From Eledone cirrhosa (taxonomy: Eukaryota), in contig OZ024744.1 of the NCBI GenBank assembly GCA_964016885.1, forward strand, positions 106,268,001-106,332,000: 64,000 nucleotides of DNA, in the 5' to 3' direction. The translations under genes and the position numbers were made by a program. Under the pieces are notes generated by a model. It did no database searches, was not told where the DNA came from, and saw only the letters and a list, made by a program, of their open reading frames with translations. This document shows, piece by piece, positions 13,433 to 26,023 of this stretch (position 1 is its first letter; each line of letters begins with the position of its first letter).

Positions 13433-13506
13433 CAATGGTAGACCAAATACATTGATTGCGTCAGAAGCTTCTCTCATTTCTTTCTCTGACATAGTTTCCA
13501 CCTCAT
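13433..13506 (-). CDS. CEP104: CEP104 exon: (D)EVETMSEKEMREASDAINVFGLPL, start of the TOG domain
   Basis: Acceptor tctgtttctctttacaaag, donor TTG|gtaaat, 74 nt. Matches EPLTEKALREASSAIDVLGETL. Confidence 0.9.
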
Positions 13507-13965
13507 CTTTGTAAAGAGAAACAGAGACCTTAATAAAACATTTAAGGTAAAAATAAATACAATAAATACAATAGAAAACCAAAAGAACCAAGAGGAGGTA
13601 CTCCTTACTGCCATTACTTTATATAAATATATACCCCCCCCCCCCACACGAAGACTGCGTTACACTGTCTTATGTAATCAGTAACGTAATCCATGATACA
13701 TTAAAAAAAGACGATAGTATATATAAACTGCATTAGGAGAAAATTAGTGATGGAAATATATGAATGTTTATTTAAGCGATCGCTAACTGGAAGTGTTGAC
13801 ATTTGAAAATTTTAAAGAAGTGAATCTTAAAATAAACAATAAAATATATGTAATCAAAAGCTACGAAATTTAGTAGATAAATTATGTAATATTCATTCAT
13901 TATTTATTTCATCCTTACGGGGTCGATAAAATAAAGTACCAGTAATGCACAATTATTTATTCAAA

Positions 13966-14155
13966 GGGCGGTGGATTGGCAATATCGGTAGAGGGTCGGA
14001 TGCCATGCTTTGACGCAAAGAGTTACGGCCCTTTCCATTCTGAGTTCAAATCCCGCCGAGGTTAACTTTGCCTTTCAACCTTACGGGGTGAATAAAATAA
14101 AGTACCAGTAATACACTGGGTAATTGCTGGCTTTGTGCCAAAAGTAGAAACAATT
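13966..14155 (+). mobile_element. SINE family A, full length, plus strand
   Basis: gggcggtggattggcaatatcggtagagg...gagttcaaatcccgcc...gtagaaacaattat. Confidence 0.85.
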
Positions 14156-14399
14156 ATTTATTCAAAGTAATCTAACTTATTTTACAAACGGGATAAAAAA
14201 TTATATTCTGCCACCACCTTATATAAATATATAGCCCACACCCACCCACCACCACCCTGCCACTACCTTATACAAATATATACCCCCACCACCTCCACCC
14301 TGCCACCACCTTAGATAAATATATAGCCCAGACTCACTATAAAGGCTGGAGACATGATGTGATAGGCAGGGTGATCCACTGGCATCTATGCAAAGTAAA

Positions 14400-14899
14400 C
14401 AATTTACCACATTCTGAGAAGTGGTAAGAGCATAAGCCAGAGTCGGTGATAGAAAACAATCAGGTGAAGGTGCTGTGGGATTTTAGGATACAGACGGACA
14501 AGAAACTGGAACACAATAAGCCTGACCTGGTGGTTTTGGACAAGGAAAAAAGATTGTGCCTGATTGTAGATGTAGCCTGCCCATTTGACACGAGAGTGCA
14601 AGAAAAGGAAATTAACCGATACCAGGATTTAAAGTGGGAGTTAAAAAGGATTTGGAACTGCCATGAAGTTAAGGTCGTCCCGATTGTCATAGGAACACTA
14701 GGTACTATCTCAAAGAGTTTTCAAGGAAGGTTAAAGAAGATTAATCCAGCCCCGCTTTTTGGAACACTTCAAAAGGCATGCTTGCAGGGAACAGCAAGAG
14801 CCCTCCGATACGTCCTGAATATCTGAGGCTGCAGGTAGCAGCTTGATATTCATTTCAACAAACTTTCCAGTTAAATAACATCAATGACTGAGACTCCAA

Positions 14900-14968
<69 letters not shown>
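14400..14968 (+). mobile_element. 5'-truncated R4/Dong-like non-LTR retrotransposon (RLE domain) with (AAT)n tail
   Basis: VLWDFRIQTDKKLEHNKPDLVVLDK...IVDVACPFD...YQDL (PD-(D/E)xK restriction-like endonuclease), followed by a 3'UTR and (aat)n. Confidence 0.85.
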
Positions 14969-14970
<2 letters not shown>

Positions 14971-16150
14971 GAAATTGAGAACTAAAACAATACCAGTGGT
15001 TGTAGGCGCTCTGGGAATGATACCTAAGGGGTCTAACGACTACTTATCGCAAATCCCAGGAAACCCGCGTATAGGAGAAATACAAAAGATAGTACTAATG
15101 GGAACTGCCCATATACTAAGGAAGATCCTGTCAATATAAGTACATCACAAGTCTAAACACTAAAGATGCATGTGTGAATATGTATGTTCTTTCTTGAACA
15201 TGGCGGACCTTGTTGTCTCTTGAGGTCACTGGTTGTGACTTGGTGATAACTCGTATGAACATAAAGCAAGATAAATGCAAATAATAATAATAATAATAAT
15301 AATAACCCATCAGTGGTTGGCATCCTTTGGACTGAAATCAGAGACTGAAGGACTAATTATATCAGCACAAGATCAGTGTCTGCCAACAAAAAATTACCAA
15401 GCCAACATAATAAAAAATGGATGCAACCCATTATGCCGTGTATGTAAAAAACAACCAGAGACCATTGATCATATAATTTCAATGTGCAGTCCTATAGCTC
15501 CAACCGAATACCTAAACAGGCATGACAGAGCTGCACAATACATACATTGGATAATGTGTAAGCATTTTGACCTGCCCCATCAAAAGAATTGGTGGGAGCA
15601 TCAACCACCTCCCATACTTGAAAAAGATCACATCTCAATCTTGTGGAACTTTAGCATCCAAACAGACCGAAAAATAGATGCAAATAGACCTGATATAATA
15701 CTGAAGGACTTTAAAAAGGGGGTATGCCTGCTAATTGATATGTCCGTTCCAATAGACAAGAATGTATCTATAAAAACATTTGAAAAATTGAGCAAGTATA
15801 AGGACCTGGAGATAGAAATTGGAAAAATGTGGAAATTGAGAACTAAAACAATACCAGTGGTTGTAGGCGCTCTAGGAATGATACCTAAGGGGTCTAATGA
15901 TTACTTATCGCAAATCCCAGGAAACCCGCGTATAGGAGAAATACAAAAGATAGTACTAATGGGAACTGCCCATATACTAAGGAAGATTCTGTCAATATAA
16001 GTACATCACAAGTCTAAACACCTAAAGATGTGTGTGTATGTGTTCTTTCTTGAACATGGCAGACCTTGTTGTCTCTTGAGGTCACTGGTTGTGACTTGGT
16101 GATAACTCGTATGAACATAAAGCAAGATAAATGCAACTATAATAATAATA
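14969..16150 (+). mobile_element. Two stacked 5'-truncated copies of a second R4/Dong-like element
   Basis: 14969-15305 repeats the 3' end of 15306-16150. The longer copy encodes CRVCKKQPETIDHIISMC (CCHC) and RPDII...IDMSVP...EKLSKYKDL. Each copy ends in (aat)n. Confidence 0.85.
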
Positions 16151-16162
16151 ATGATGATAATA

Positions 16163-16211
<49 letters not shown>

Positions 16212-16225
16212 GATAATAATTTCAC

Positions 16226-16305
16226 CTGCAGCATCTTTGGCATCTTCAAATTCTTTATTTGAATCTTCAGGTTGTTCTACTATTGATTTAGAAGTTGGCT
16301 GTGTT
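16226..16305 (-). CDS. CEP104: CEP104 exon: TQPTSKSIVEQPEDSNKEFEDAKDAA
   Basis: Acceptor ctatttgcag, donor CAG|gtgaaa, 80 nt. Phase 2 to 1 fits both neighbours. Confidence 0.8.
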
Positions 16306-16486
16306 CTGCAAATAGTGTTTGAATAAAGAGATTTCCAGTTGAGTTTTTGAATCACCTATAAATTAGGCCTGTTCTCCTCCAACCAATAATATTCCAAGTG
16401 ATAAACAGTGTTTTACTTCTAACAACATTACTATATTATTACTATATTATTCTATACACTATTGATTATAGTGTTTCATATAAAAT

Positions 16487-16632
<146 letters not shown>

Positions 16633-16699
16633 ATTCACACACAGAGATTGTAGTGTTTTAATTTGTGAAATGGACAATGGTTATATAGATGCTGCTTAC

Positions 16700-16889
16700 T
16701 TTTTTGATGCTGGAAGTGGCCTTTCATCATATTCAGTGCGAGAAGCCGGAGGATGAGGTGGAGGGGGAGTTTGTTCATCATTATCAGACTGAGGAGGAGG
16801 AGGATGAGATGGAAGTCTTTGAGATAATTCCAGATTATGTTCCGTCATATCAATCCTTAGAGGAGAAGGTTCAGAGTCTTTAAAGAGTT
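16700..16889 (-). CDS. CEP104: CEP104 exon, Pro-rich linker ending YDERPLPASK(K)
   Basis: Acceptor tattattttcag, donor AA|gtaagc, 190 nt. Contains the conserved CEP104 motif YDERPLPA. Confidence 0.9.
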
Positions 16890-16958
16890 CTGAAAATAAT
16901 AGTACCAAGACAAAAACATGATTACTTATATTTTTTACTTTTGTTATTATTGCTTTAA

Positions 16959-17175
16959 CCCTTTAGCATCTTATTTTATATTTACTACTGTATTTTCACA
17001 GTAAACCCTTTATCTCGCATAATTATCTCACATAATATCAAAGCTACGAGATTTTTAAATTATTTATTTTGAGAACAATACCTTAACATAAGTATGATCT
17101 GCTGGTTATGGTTGGTTTGAACAGAAAGAGGTGAGAGAATTCTGGCCGGATATGGCCGGTTTAAATGCTAAAGGG
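16959..17175. mobile_element. piggyBac-type MITE, unexpanded copy
   Basis: TTAA|ccctttagcat...atgctaaaggg|TTAA. Confidence 0.85.
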
Positions 17176-18862
17176 TTAAAGACATTATCAACAACAGACA
17201 ACAGACACAACAGAATTTCAAACAAAACCCATTTTTAATTTAGTGCCATCATACATAATGGAGGGTGAGGAAAATATAATGTAATTGATGATTAATGATT
17301 ATGTGATGAGGAGAAGAAAACAGTTCAATGATTAATAATTTTTTTTTATATGATCTTGGCAAGGAGGGGGAACAACTGCAGACATGTTTCAGTTTTGTTA
17401 GACCTCCTCATCAACATATCATCATCATCATTGCAGTTGAGCATTCCTGACAAAGTCTCTGTACAATTTACAATTTTCCATTGAACTTGGTAAACTTCTC
17501 CCTATTGAGGTTTGTATTGTCTGAGAGTTTATCAATAAAGGTTCAAGCAAGTCTTCCTCTACTGTGTCTCTCTTGAGTTCTTACAATAGTAACTGGTGTA
17601 TAACTTCCTACTTACTTCTCTGGTATTGTCCTTCTCCAAAATATAGCTTTCTCTATACTGGATTAGTAATAAGTAAACCACAATATTGATATATAATATG
17701 TATATAAATAGATGTTAAAACATATCAAAATGACAAATAATTGTTTCTACTTTAGGCACAAGGCCAGCAATTACCCAGTGCATTACTGGTACTTTATTTT
17801 ATCGACCCCGTAAGGATGAAAGGCAAAGTCAACCTCGGCGGGATTTGAACTCAGATCGTAAAGGGACGTAACTATGCTGGAAAGCATGGCGTCCGACCCT
17901 CTACTGATACTGCCAATCCACCGACAAATAATAGGCATGTTAATGCCATTAACATCATCATCATCATTGTTCGATGTCCATTTTCCACGCTAGCATGGGT
18001 TACATATGGTAACCCATAACACTTACATATGGTCTTACGTTCTATCAAGTGCACAAAAGGGGTTGTCATGTCTTTGACACAACTGAAGGGTCCTCTCAAG
18101 CCTTTGTCTGGCAAGCCTTCTATGGTTGGATGTCCTTTCTCTCACCAACCAGGTTACAGATAGACTTAGTTAATTGATGGTTTCCCCACTCACCATATAT
18201 AGAGTGTGAGACTCTATTTGTGTGTATACACTTTATGTAGTGTTCTCATCAGGTATTTTCACCTCTACTCTTTGTTGATATATAAATTTGTGTCTACCTA
18301 TATATATACATATATATACATTAAGTTTTGTTTATATTTTATCATAGATATTTTAGCTTTCTATGCTTAAGGTTAGTTCATTTTTTCTTCCCTCTTCTTC
18401 TGTTCCCCTTTCTTTCATTCTTTCTCTCCCTTCCCTCTCATTGTTCTTTTCTTTCTTTCCATCTCTCTTCTACAGGCCACTTACAGTGCTAGTATTCTTC
18501 CTTTCTTACGACGACTTGAGGTCAAGTGGACGCACTTTATTTCTCTCTCTCTCTCTGACCTGCCCCAATACAAACATTATACCAACAGAGATATTTATTT
18601 CTCGGTTAAAAGCTGTCTAACTTATGCTGTACTTTTAGTTAAATTGTCAAAACTGCAGGCAGTCTAAAAAACTGATGAGTGTATTTAAATGTTTTTCCTT
18701 TCTTCCTTTCAATTCTAGCCACTGATTTCTATCATTTGAGGTAAAATTTTACCCAATGCTGCTTTGATGGCATTTTGCTGTTTTAACAGCTTCCTTGCAT
18801 TGAGTTTTCCCATTTTCCTACATTGAGTTTGAGACACATGAGTCTCAAACTCAATGTTTGAG

Positions 18863-18902
<40 letters not shown>

Positions 18903-18909
<7 letters not shown>

Positions 18910-19235
18910 AGAAAAAAGAGAATCAGTGTTGTGACGAAAAGAATTTATTGGACATATTACAATTGTTTCTCAAGCGACCAGCTCGAGGCACGATCAATAT
19001 GGTGATCAAATCTAACTCTGAAATCGCGTGGTCCTTGGATACGTTTCAATTCTACTAAGCAGATTTTAGGAAAATCTGCTTCGTAGAATTGAGATGTATC
19101 CAAGGACAGCGCGATTTCAGAGTCAGATTTGATCACCATATTGATCGTGCCTCGAGCTGGTCGCTCGGGAAACAATTGTAATATGTCCAATAAATTCTTT
19201 TCGTCACAACACTGATTCTCTTTTTTCTGGGATAT
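18903..19235. repeat. Near-perfect palindrome (~165-bp arms, 3-nt loop), MITE/fold-back-like
   Basis: atatcacagaaaaaagagaatc...aagcagatttt-agg-aaaatctgctt...gattctcttttttctgggatat, next to (TA)n. Confidence 0.9.
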
Positions 19236-19325
19236 CATACTCTGCTCTACGAGGGTATCAAGTGCTCATACGACCAACCGCATTTGGACGCTTTAAGCAT
19301 CCAACACCAATTACATATATATATG

Positions 19326-19660
19326 GAGGCACATGGCTTAGTGGTTAGAGCATTGGGCTTGCAATCGAAAGGTTGTGAGTTCTCAGACTGGGTGATGTGT
19401 TGTTTCCTTGAGCAAGACACTTTATTTCACATTGCTCCAGTTTACTCAGCTGTAAAAATGAGATGATAGGGATCCCAGTCTCTATCATTCCACTGCAAAG
19501 TGGTCGTGGAGGTGCCACGGCAAAAAAGCACCCAGCACTCACTGTAAATGAGGTTGGTGTTAGGAAGGGCATCCAGCTGTAGAAATCAAGCCAGAATCAG
19601 TTCCCGTCCCACCCTTGCAAGGAGGGAAAAAGCGGATGTAAAATGAAATGATGATGATGA
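19326..19660 (+). mobile_element. CORE-type tRNA-derived SINE family B with an RTE-like 3' tail
   Basis: Head ggaggcacatggcttagtggttagagc, CORE-like ccttgagcaagacactt, tail cccttgcaag...cggatgtaaaatg(atg)n. Fuller minus-strand copy at 60427-60769. Confidence 0.8.
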
Positions 19661-19679
19661 AATGATATATATATATTTG

Positions 19680-20497
19680 TTTTGCAAGGTTTTTGATATT
19701 AAATCGTGTGTCGAAACAAATATTGTTATACTTGGGGAGGGTCATATTGTTATAATATTGCCAGAAATAATAACAGAACACACTCACTGTTTGGTTGGTT
19801 TTCGCTTCTGTATCTTTTATATCTCCATAGTTAATTTATTTGGCAATCAATGTTTATCATTGATTGACTAACAGTTAAAAATACAGATATAAATATATGT
19901 ATATAGTCTAACAAAGTTCTTTCGTTGCACATCTACAACATCATCAGTGATACTATTATGTTTCCTGACATTGTATTGTGATGTCTACACCATTTTTATT
20001 TTATCTATTTATTTATTTATTCTTGTCTCTGTCTCTGCGCATGCGTTTGCATGTGTGTATAACGTTTGGTGTGTGTGTTCGCGTTTGAGTGTATGTGTTT
20101 TTGTTTTTGTATTCTATCTTTGTTCACTAGTGTGTGTTTATATGTGTTTGTTGTTATTGTACTTGTGTATATATTTATTTATCTATTTATTTATATTTCC
20201 CTTAAGTCAGTATTGTTTGTGTGGGTATGGTTGTTGTTGTTATTCCATTCGTTCTTTCTGTTCAACTTTGGTCTTCTTAGTTCTATCTCAGTTACTTCTC
20301 AGATTTGCCTACCTGTTGAGTCATTTCTATGTTTAGATATTATTTTAATTTCTATGTTGTCTATATAACCACCATGTCTTTGTCTGGCGTGTTCATATTA
20401 TTGCCAAATAAATTAACTATGGAGATATAAAAGATACAGAAGCGAAAACCAACCAAACAGTGAGAGTGTTCTGTTATTATTTCTGGCAATATTATAG
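19680..20497. mobile_element. Penelope-like fragment with ~100-bp inverted repeats and a degenerate minus-strand hammerhead (19908-19953)
   Basis: 19752-19846 is inverted at 20399-20495, with a related copy at 58470-58627. The minus strand reads CTGATGA-t-gttgta-gatg-tgcaac-GAAA. Confidence 0.55.
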
Positions 20498-20582
20498 CAA
20501 TATGATCCATATATAACATACATACACATAAATACACATACACATACACACACATACATATGCATATATATTATATACATAC

Positions 20583-20610
20583 CTGCTGCTATAAGTTCCT
20601 TAGACTCTGT
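20583..20610 (-). CDS. CEP104: CEP104 28-nt micro-exon: TESKELIAA(E)
   Basis: Acceptor ttttattctttcag, donor CAG|gtatgt. Provides exactly the phase 0 to 1 link needed between exons 25223-25378 and 16700-16889. Confidence 0.75.
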
Positions 20611-20987
20611 CTGAAAGAATAAAATAGTTTATCTACATTAAATAAACCATTTCTTAAAACATTGAAAAACCGTTTTTCTCTTCTCTAATATCTTTTTATG
20701 TCATTATTATTGATTAGCCACAGAACAATCTTGATTGAGCAGGCTTATAATGAAAGACATTCCAGTCATGACTATTACATATTTTTAGGTACATATAGAG
20801 TACATTGTGTAATTTCCTTATTTCAGGCAGAGGGTGAAAATTGAGGGACAGTTGACTGATATTTCTAAAATCTTTAGTGACTATGTAGAGGACCCCTGTT
20901 GGCGTTATTCATGTTTCGCCTTTTATGGAAGATAATAATCATTATTCTGATCACCACACTGCAACGCTCTTCAAAGGTTTTTTAGAT

Positions 20988-21143
20988 TACCGAATTTCCC
21001 GGAGTTGAATGCTACTTTTTTTCCTAAAATAAGTTTCAAAAAATCTACCATGCGTCCTGGAGGCCGAAGGTTGTTTATTATTTTATCTCTCAATTTTTGG
21101 TTGTCAAAATTAGGGTGCGTCCTCGACGCCGGGAAATACGGTA
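20988..21143. mobile_element. Small Tc1/mariner-type MITE
   Basis: Inverted termini taccgaatttcccgg...ccgggaaatacggta. Confidence 0.65.
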
Positions 21144-21784
21144 ATTGGCAAAGTAAGGCAGCTGATTGGCAGAGTTATCAGAACATCATGTCATTTGTTC
21201 TGGCTTTCTCTGCTCCCTGAGTTAAAATCCTGTCATCTTTTCAAGATTGATAAATAAAGTACCAGTTAAGTACTGGGGTTGATTCTTATTCTATATCTCT
21301 TTCTTACTTCCTCTCAGAGTGGGATTTTACGTATAAGCTAAACAAGCTATAGCTTAGGCCCCCACTTTCTTGGAGCCCCGAAAAAATTGCAAAAATGAGT
21401 GTGTACATTTCTAAAATATAAGATAAAAAAGAACTAAAATAATGCAATAGTTTTAAACAGTTTTCTGCTTTAATATTGAACGTTTTGCAGTTTTTATAAC
21501 ATTTTTTATAACATATAAAGGGCCCCATTATCTCAAATAGCTTAGGGCCTCATCAAATCTAAATCCGGCCCTGCTTCCTCTCTTATCATCCTCTCTTCTT
21601 CTTGGAAGAAATCTACTATATTCAAACCTGGAGAGGGATGGGCTCTGCTTGATTTAAATGCCCAACAGAGACCATATATCCCTAGCCAGGCATTACTTAA
21701 ATAACTGGCCTAGAAGAAGAAAATCATATAAAGTTCAGATTTTCCTTGTAATAATGGTTTTAGGTTTTGTAAGTGCTTTGAGGC

Positions 21785-22370
21785 TTTAGAAGCCAATTAT
21801 TCAAGCCATTCTTGATGACCCCCTCTCACATCCTACCCTGAACTTAGTCCCAGATACTCCTGTTTTTAAAGTAAGGTCCTGCTATGTATAACTATGTATA
21901 TATACTAACATGAACCAAATAGACTGCTGTGAGGAATTGGTGACTCGTTTAAGACAACACTGAAAATAATGGTTTCTTATATAGGCACAAGGCCAGCAAT
22001 TTTGAGGGAGGGGAAAGTTGATTAAATCAACCTCAGTGTATAACTGGTACTTTATTTTATCGACCCCCGTAAGGATGAAAGGCAAAGTTAACATTGGCGG
22101 GATTTGAACGTAAAGGGACGTAACTATGCCATGAATCATAGTGACCAATGTTATGCTTTGTGGCATAGTTACGTCCAGTAATACACTGGGGTTGATTTAA
22201 TCAACTTTCCCCTCCCTAGTTCCTCACAGCAGTCTATTTGGTTCATGTTAGTATATATACATAGTTATACATAGCAGGACCTTACTTTAAAAACAGGAGT
22301 ATCTGGGACTAAGTTCAGGGTAGGATGTGGGAGGGGGTCATCAAGAATGGTCTGAATAATTGGCTTCTAA
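21785..22370. repeat. Nested inverted duplication of flanking DNA plus part of a SINE
   Basis: Inverted pairs 21785-21936/22220-22370, 22006-22047/22176-22216 and about 22116-22131/22161-22176. Confidence 0.88.
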
Positions 22371-22719
22371 AATAATAATTGTTTCTACTTTTGGCACAAG
22401 GCCAGCAATTACTCAGTGCATTACTGGTACTTTATTTTATCGACCCCGTAAGGATGAAAGGCAAAGTTAACCTCGACGGGATTTGAACTCAAATCATAAA
22501 GGGCCGTAACTCTACGCTGCAAAGCATGGCGTCCGACCTTCTACCGATACTGCCAATCCACCGCTCTGCCAATCCAATACCTTTTATTTGTAACAGCCAG
22601 CTATGACAGCAGCCTACAGAGGTACAGGAAATCTTCTTTTATTTCAGGTTCAGAAAGATTACAAATCATCCAAATAGTTTTCTTCCTACTGAGATGTAAA
22701 CTTTAGAAACCCCACCTTT

Positions 22720-24580
22720 AATGTGGACATGATGAAAAGTAGAGAGTGTGAAGATGCTTGAATGGAGTTTAGTAGATGTATTTTGTGTGTAAAGAAGTCA
22801 GATGGAAAGAAGCTTCAACCAGATTCATCACAGGAAAGAGACAAAAGTACAAATTCTTCTGAGTGGGTCACAGCTTTGGGTGGGAGGTGTAGGTATCTTG
22901 CTTGCAGAAAAATAGATAGACAAGGTTATTTAAGTAGCCAAAATGCACAAGGTATTGAAACTTAGGTTAGATAAAAGCAACATAACAGCAACATTTATTT
23001 CTACATATGCACCACAAGCAGGACTAGTAAATGTACAGAAGAACCACTTCTATGAGACCCTTCTTCAGACTATGAACAACAGAGACCCCAATATCATGAT
23101 TGGTGAATTTAATGGACATATTGGGAAACACCAGAATGGGTTCCAGGGTATGCATGGTGTGAAGAATGAGGCAGGACTCAGACTCCTAGAGTTGGTGACC
23201 TGATTTCCTACAAAGAGGAATACATATGTTAGATAGATTTGTTTCTCACTAGGAAATGGGACTACTAGATGGTTGTAAATGTGAAGTCTCTCTCTGCTGA
23301 AGAATGCACCACCCAACATATTCTAATGGTTATTGCTTTAGATATATCCAGAGACATGAATCAATATGGAAACTCCTGTATGCAAATAATCAAATTCTCA
23401 TTGGTGAAACACTAGAGGAACTTGAGAGGAAATTCTAGACTTGGAAATATTTTCTGGAAACAAAAAGGTTTTAGAGTAAACTTAGGGAAGACCAAAGAGT
23501 GAGTAAGCAGGAAGGGAGATAGGATTAATAGCAACGGCAAAGTAATTCTGCTGAATATGCATAAAAGGAATAGATAAAAATTCCTTATATTGCACTGTGA
23601 AAGACTAGAGACTGTAGTGTTTGGCTATCGAGCAGAAACAATGTAGAGTTTGAGAGGGCTCTTCTGTCTGGATGAGCATGTGACAATCTCTCTAGTGTTG
23701 GTGCCACAACTAAAATACACCTAGTATATACTGTAAAGTAGTAGTGCTGGTGCCCCAATACACCCAGTACACTCTGTCAGGTAGTAGAGCTGGTGCCACA
23801 ATACAATATACCAAGTCCATTCTGTAAGATGGTAGTGTTGGTGCCACAAGTAAAATGTCCAGTCTCAAATTGTGACAACCTATCCAACCCATAACCAACG
23901 TGGTTAACAAACATAAAATGATGATGATACACACATTCATGTGCGCATATACACATACACATATTTATGTGTGTGTGTGCGTGTGTGTGTATATATGACT
24001 TAGTGGTTAGAGCATTGGGCTTACTATCGTGAAGTTGTGACTTTGATTCCTGAACTGGGTTGTGTGTTGTGCTCTTCAGCAAGACACTTTATTTCACATT
24101 GCTACAGTTCACTCAGCTGTGGAAATGTATTGTGATGTTACTGGTGCCAAGCTGTATCAGCCATTGCCTTTCTCTTGGACAACATCAGTGGCATGGAGAG
24201 GGGAGACTGGTATAGATGGGTGACTGTTGGTCTTCCACAAACAGTCTTACCTGGACTTGTGCCTCGGAGGGGAACTTTCTAGGTACAAACCCCATGGTCA
24301 ATTGTGACTGAACGAAGTCTTTACCTTTTACCCATATAATAGCAAAACATGCATAAGACATTTTATTGCTATTTGAGAGAAATCTCTGAGAACATAGTAG
24401 CTAACATAAGAACAGACTGGAAGAAGTTCAGGGAGCTACTACCTCTAATAGCAACAAAAGGTTTCTTTCTACAAATGAAAGGTCAGCTGTATGATGCCTG
24501 TATACAAAGTACAGTACTGTTTGGTAGTGAGACATGGGAAGTGAATACAGATGATTCACAAAAGCTGGAGAGAAATGTTA
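22720..24580 (+). mobile_element. Highly decayed RTE LINE fragments with a nested SINE
   Basis: ISTYAPQAG...MIGEFNGHIG (APE endonuclease) and WKKFRELLPL...LYDACIQSTVLFGSETW (RT C-terminus). Confidence 0.7.
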
Positions 24581-25036
24581 ATATATGTGGTGGTGGTGGT
24601 AGTGGTGGTGGTGGTGGTGGTGGTGGTGGTGGTGGTGGTGGTGGTGGTAGTAAAGGGGATATTGACAAATGCAACAATAGCTGAAGCAATGATTTTGGTG
24701 ACAATAGATTAAAGTGATGATGATTATGCTAATGAAAATAATTGTTTCTACTTTTTGGCACAAGGCCAGCAATTATCCCAGTGCATTACTGGTACTTTAT
24801 TTTATCAACCCCGTAAGGATGAAAGGCAAAGTCAACCTCAGCGGGATTTGAACTCAGAATCGTTAAGGGACGTAACTATGCTGGAAAGCATGGCGTACGA
24901 CCCTCTACCGATACTGCCAATCCACCGCCTATGCTAATGAAAATAATGTTATTGATGATGTGATGATGATGATGATGATGACAATGATGAGGATGAGGCA
25001 GTTGCTATTACAACAACAACAACAATAGTGATGACA

Positions 25037-25085
<49 letters not shown>

Positions 25086-25140
25086 CAATGATGAGGATGA
25101 GGCAGTTGCTATTACAACAACAACAACAATAGTGATGACA

Positions 25141-25195
<55 letters not shown>

Positions 25196-25222
25196 GGAAA
25201 TTTTCAATTTTTGCCTTCTTAC

Positions 25223-25378
25223 CTGTGGAAGTTCCAGAAGTGTTTTGATTTTGACTTCGCCATAAAGCTGTAGCCTCATTTCGAAGATTTGCATCTTTTT
25301 CATCTGTGCTTTATCATAATCTTCATTTTCCACAGCTTGACGCTTCTCCACTTCAAGTTTACCAAGTTTCTCACCACT
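25223..25378 (-). CDS. CEP104: CEP104 exon: SGEKLGKLEVEKRQAVENEDYDKAQMKKMQIFEMRLQLYGEVKIKTLLELPQ
   Basis: Acceptor gttttgttgcag, donor CAG|gtaaga, 156 nt. Matches VGERLGRYEVEKRCAVEKEDYDLAKEKKQQM (coiled coil). Confidence 0.95.
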
Positions 25379-25474
25379 CTGCAACAAAACAAGACATTTA
25401 TTCTAATAAAACAAGTTGTAGTTTACTTAAACAGCATTGTCAGTTACTGTATATCCTCATGAATAAGTTATCAT

Positions 25475-26023
25475 CAGATAGGGTTAATTGCCCAGGACAA
25501 CTCCCCCTCTCCTTCTCCAGTCAGATAGGGTTAATTGCCCAGGACAACTCCTCTCTCCTTCTCCAGTCAGATAGGGTTAATTGCCCAGGACAACTCCTCT
25601 CTCCTTCTCCAGTCAGATCGGGTTAATTGCCCGGGACAACTCCTCTCTCCTTCTCCAGTCAGATCGGGTTAATTGCCCGGGATAACTCGCCTCTCCTTCT
25701 CCAGTCAGATAGGGTTAATTGCCCGGGACAACTCCCCTCTCCTTCTCCAGTCAGATTGGGTTAATTGCCCGGGATAACTCCGCTCTCCTTCTCCAGTCAG
25801 ATAGGGTTAATTGCCCGGGATAACTCGCCTCTCCTTCTCCAGTCAGATCGGGTTAATTGCCCGGGACAACTCCCCTCTCCTTCTCCAGTCAGATCGGGTT
25901 AATTGCCCGGGACAACTCCCCTCTCCTTCTCCAGTCAGATCGGGTTAATTGCCCGGGACAACTCCCCTCTACTTCTCCAGTCAGATTGGGTTAATTGCCT
26001 GGGACAACTCCCCTCTATTTCTC
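25475..26023. repeat. 46-bp minisatellite, about 12 copies
   Basis: Unit cagatagggttaattgcccgggacaactcccctctccttctccagt. Confidence 0.95.

Noticed and set aside
16306-16355. Longer 5' extension of exon 16226-16305 suggested by the ORF track
   Set aside because: The acceptor at 16355 is phase-incompatible with the upstream exon ending in phase 2, whereas 16305 fits.
17616-17657. Possible 42-nt minus-strand exon (ccag...GAA|gtaagt)
   Set aside because: It is not needed for the frame, gives an immediate TAG in the phase-1 context, and has a weak pyrimidine tract. It could only be a poison exon, which is unsupported without RNA data.
19326-19400. tRNA gene-like A/B boxes here and in SINE A heads
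   Set aside because: They are heads of multi-copy SINEs and do not form a complete cloverleaf.
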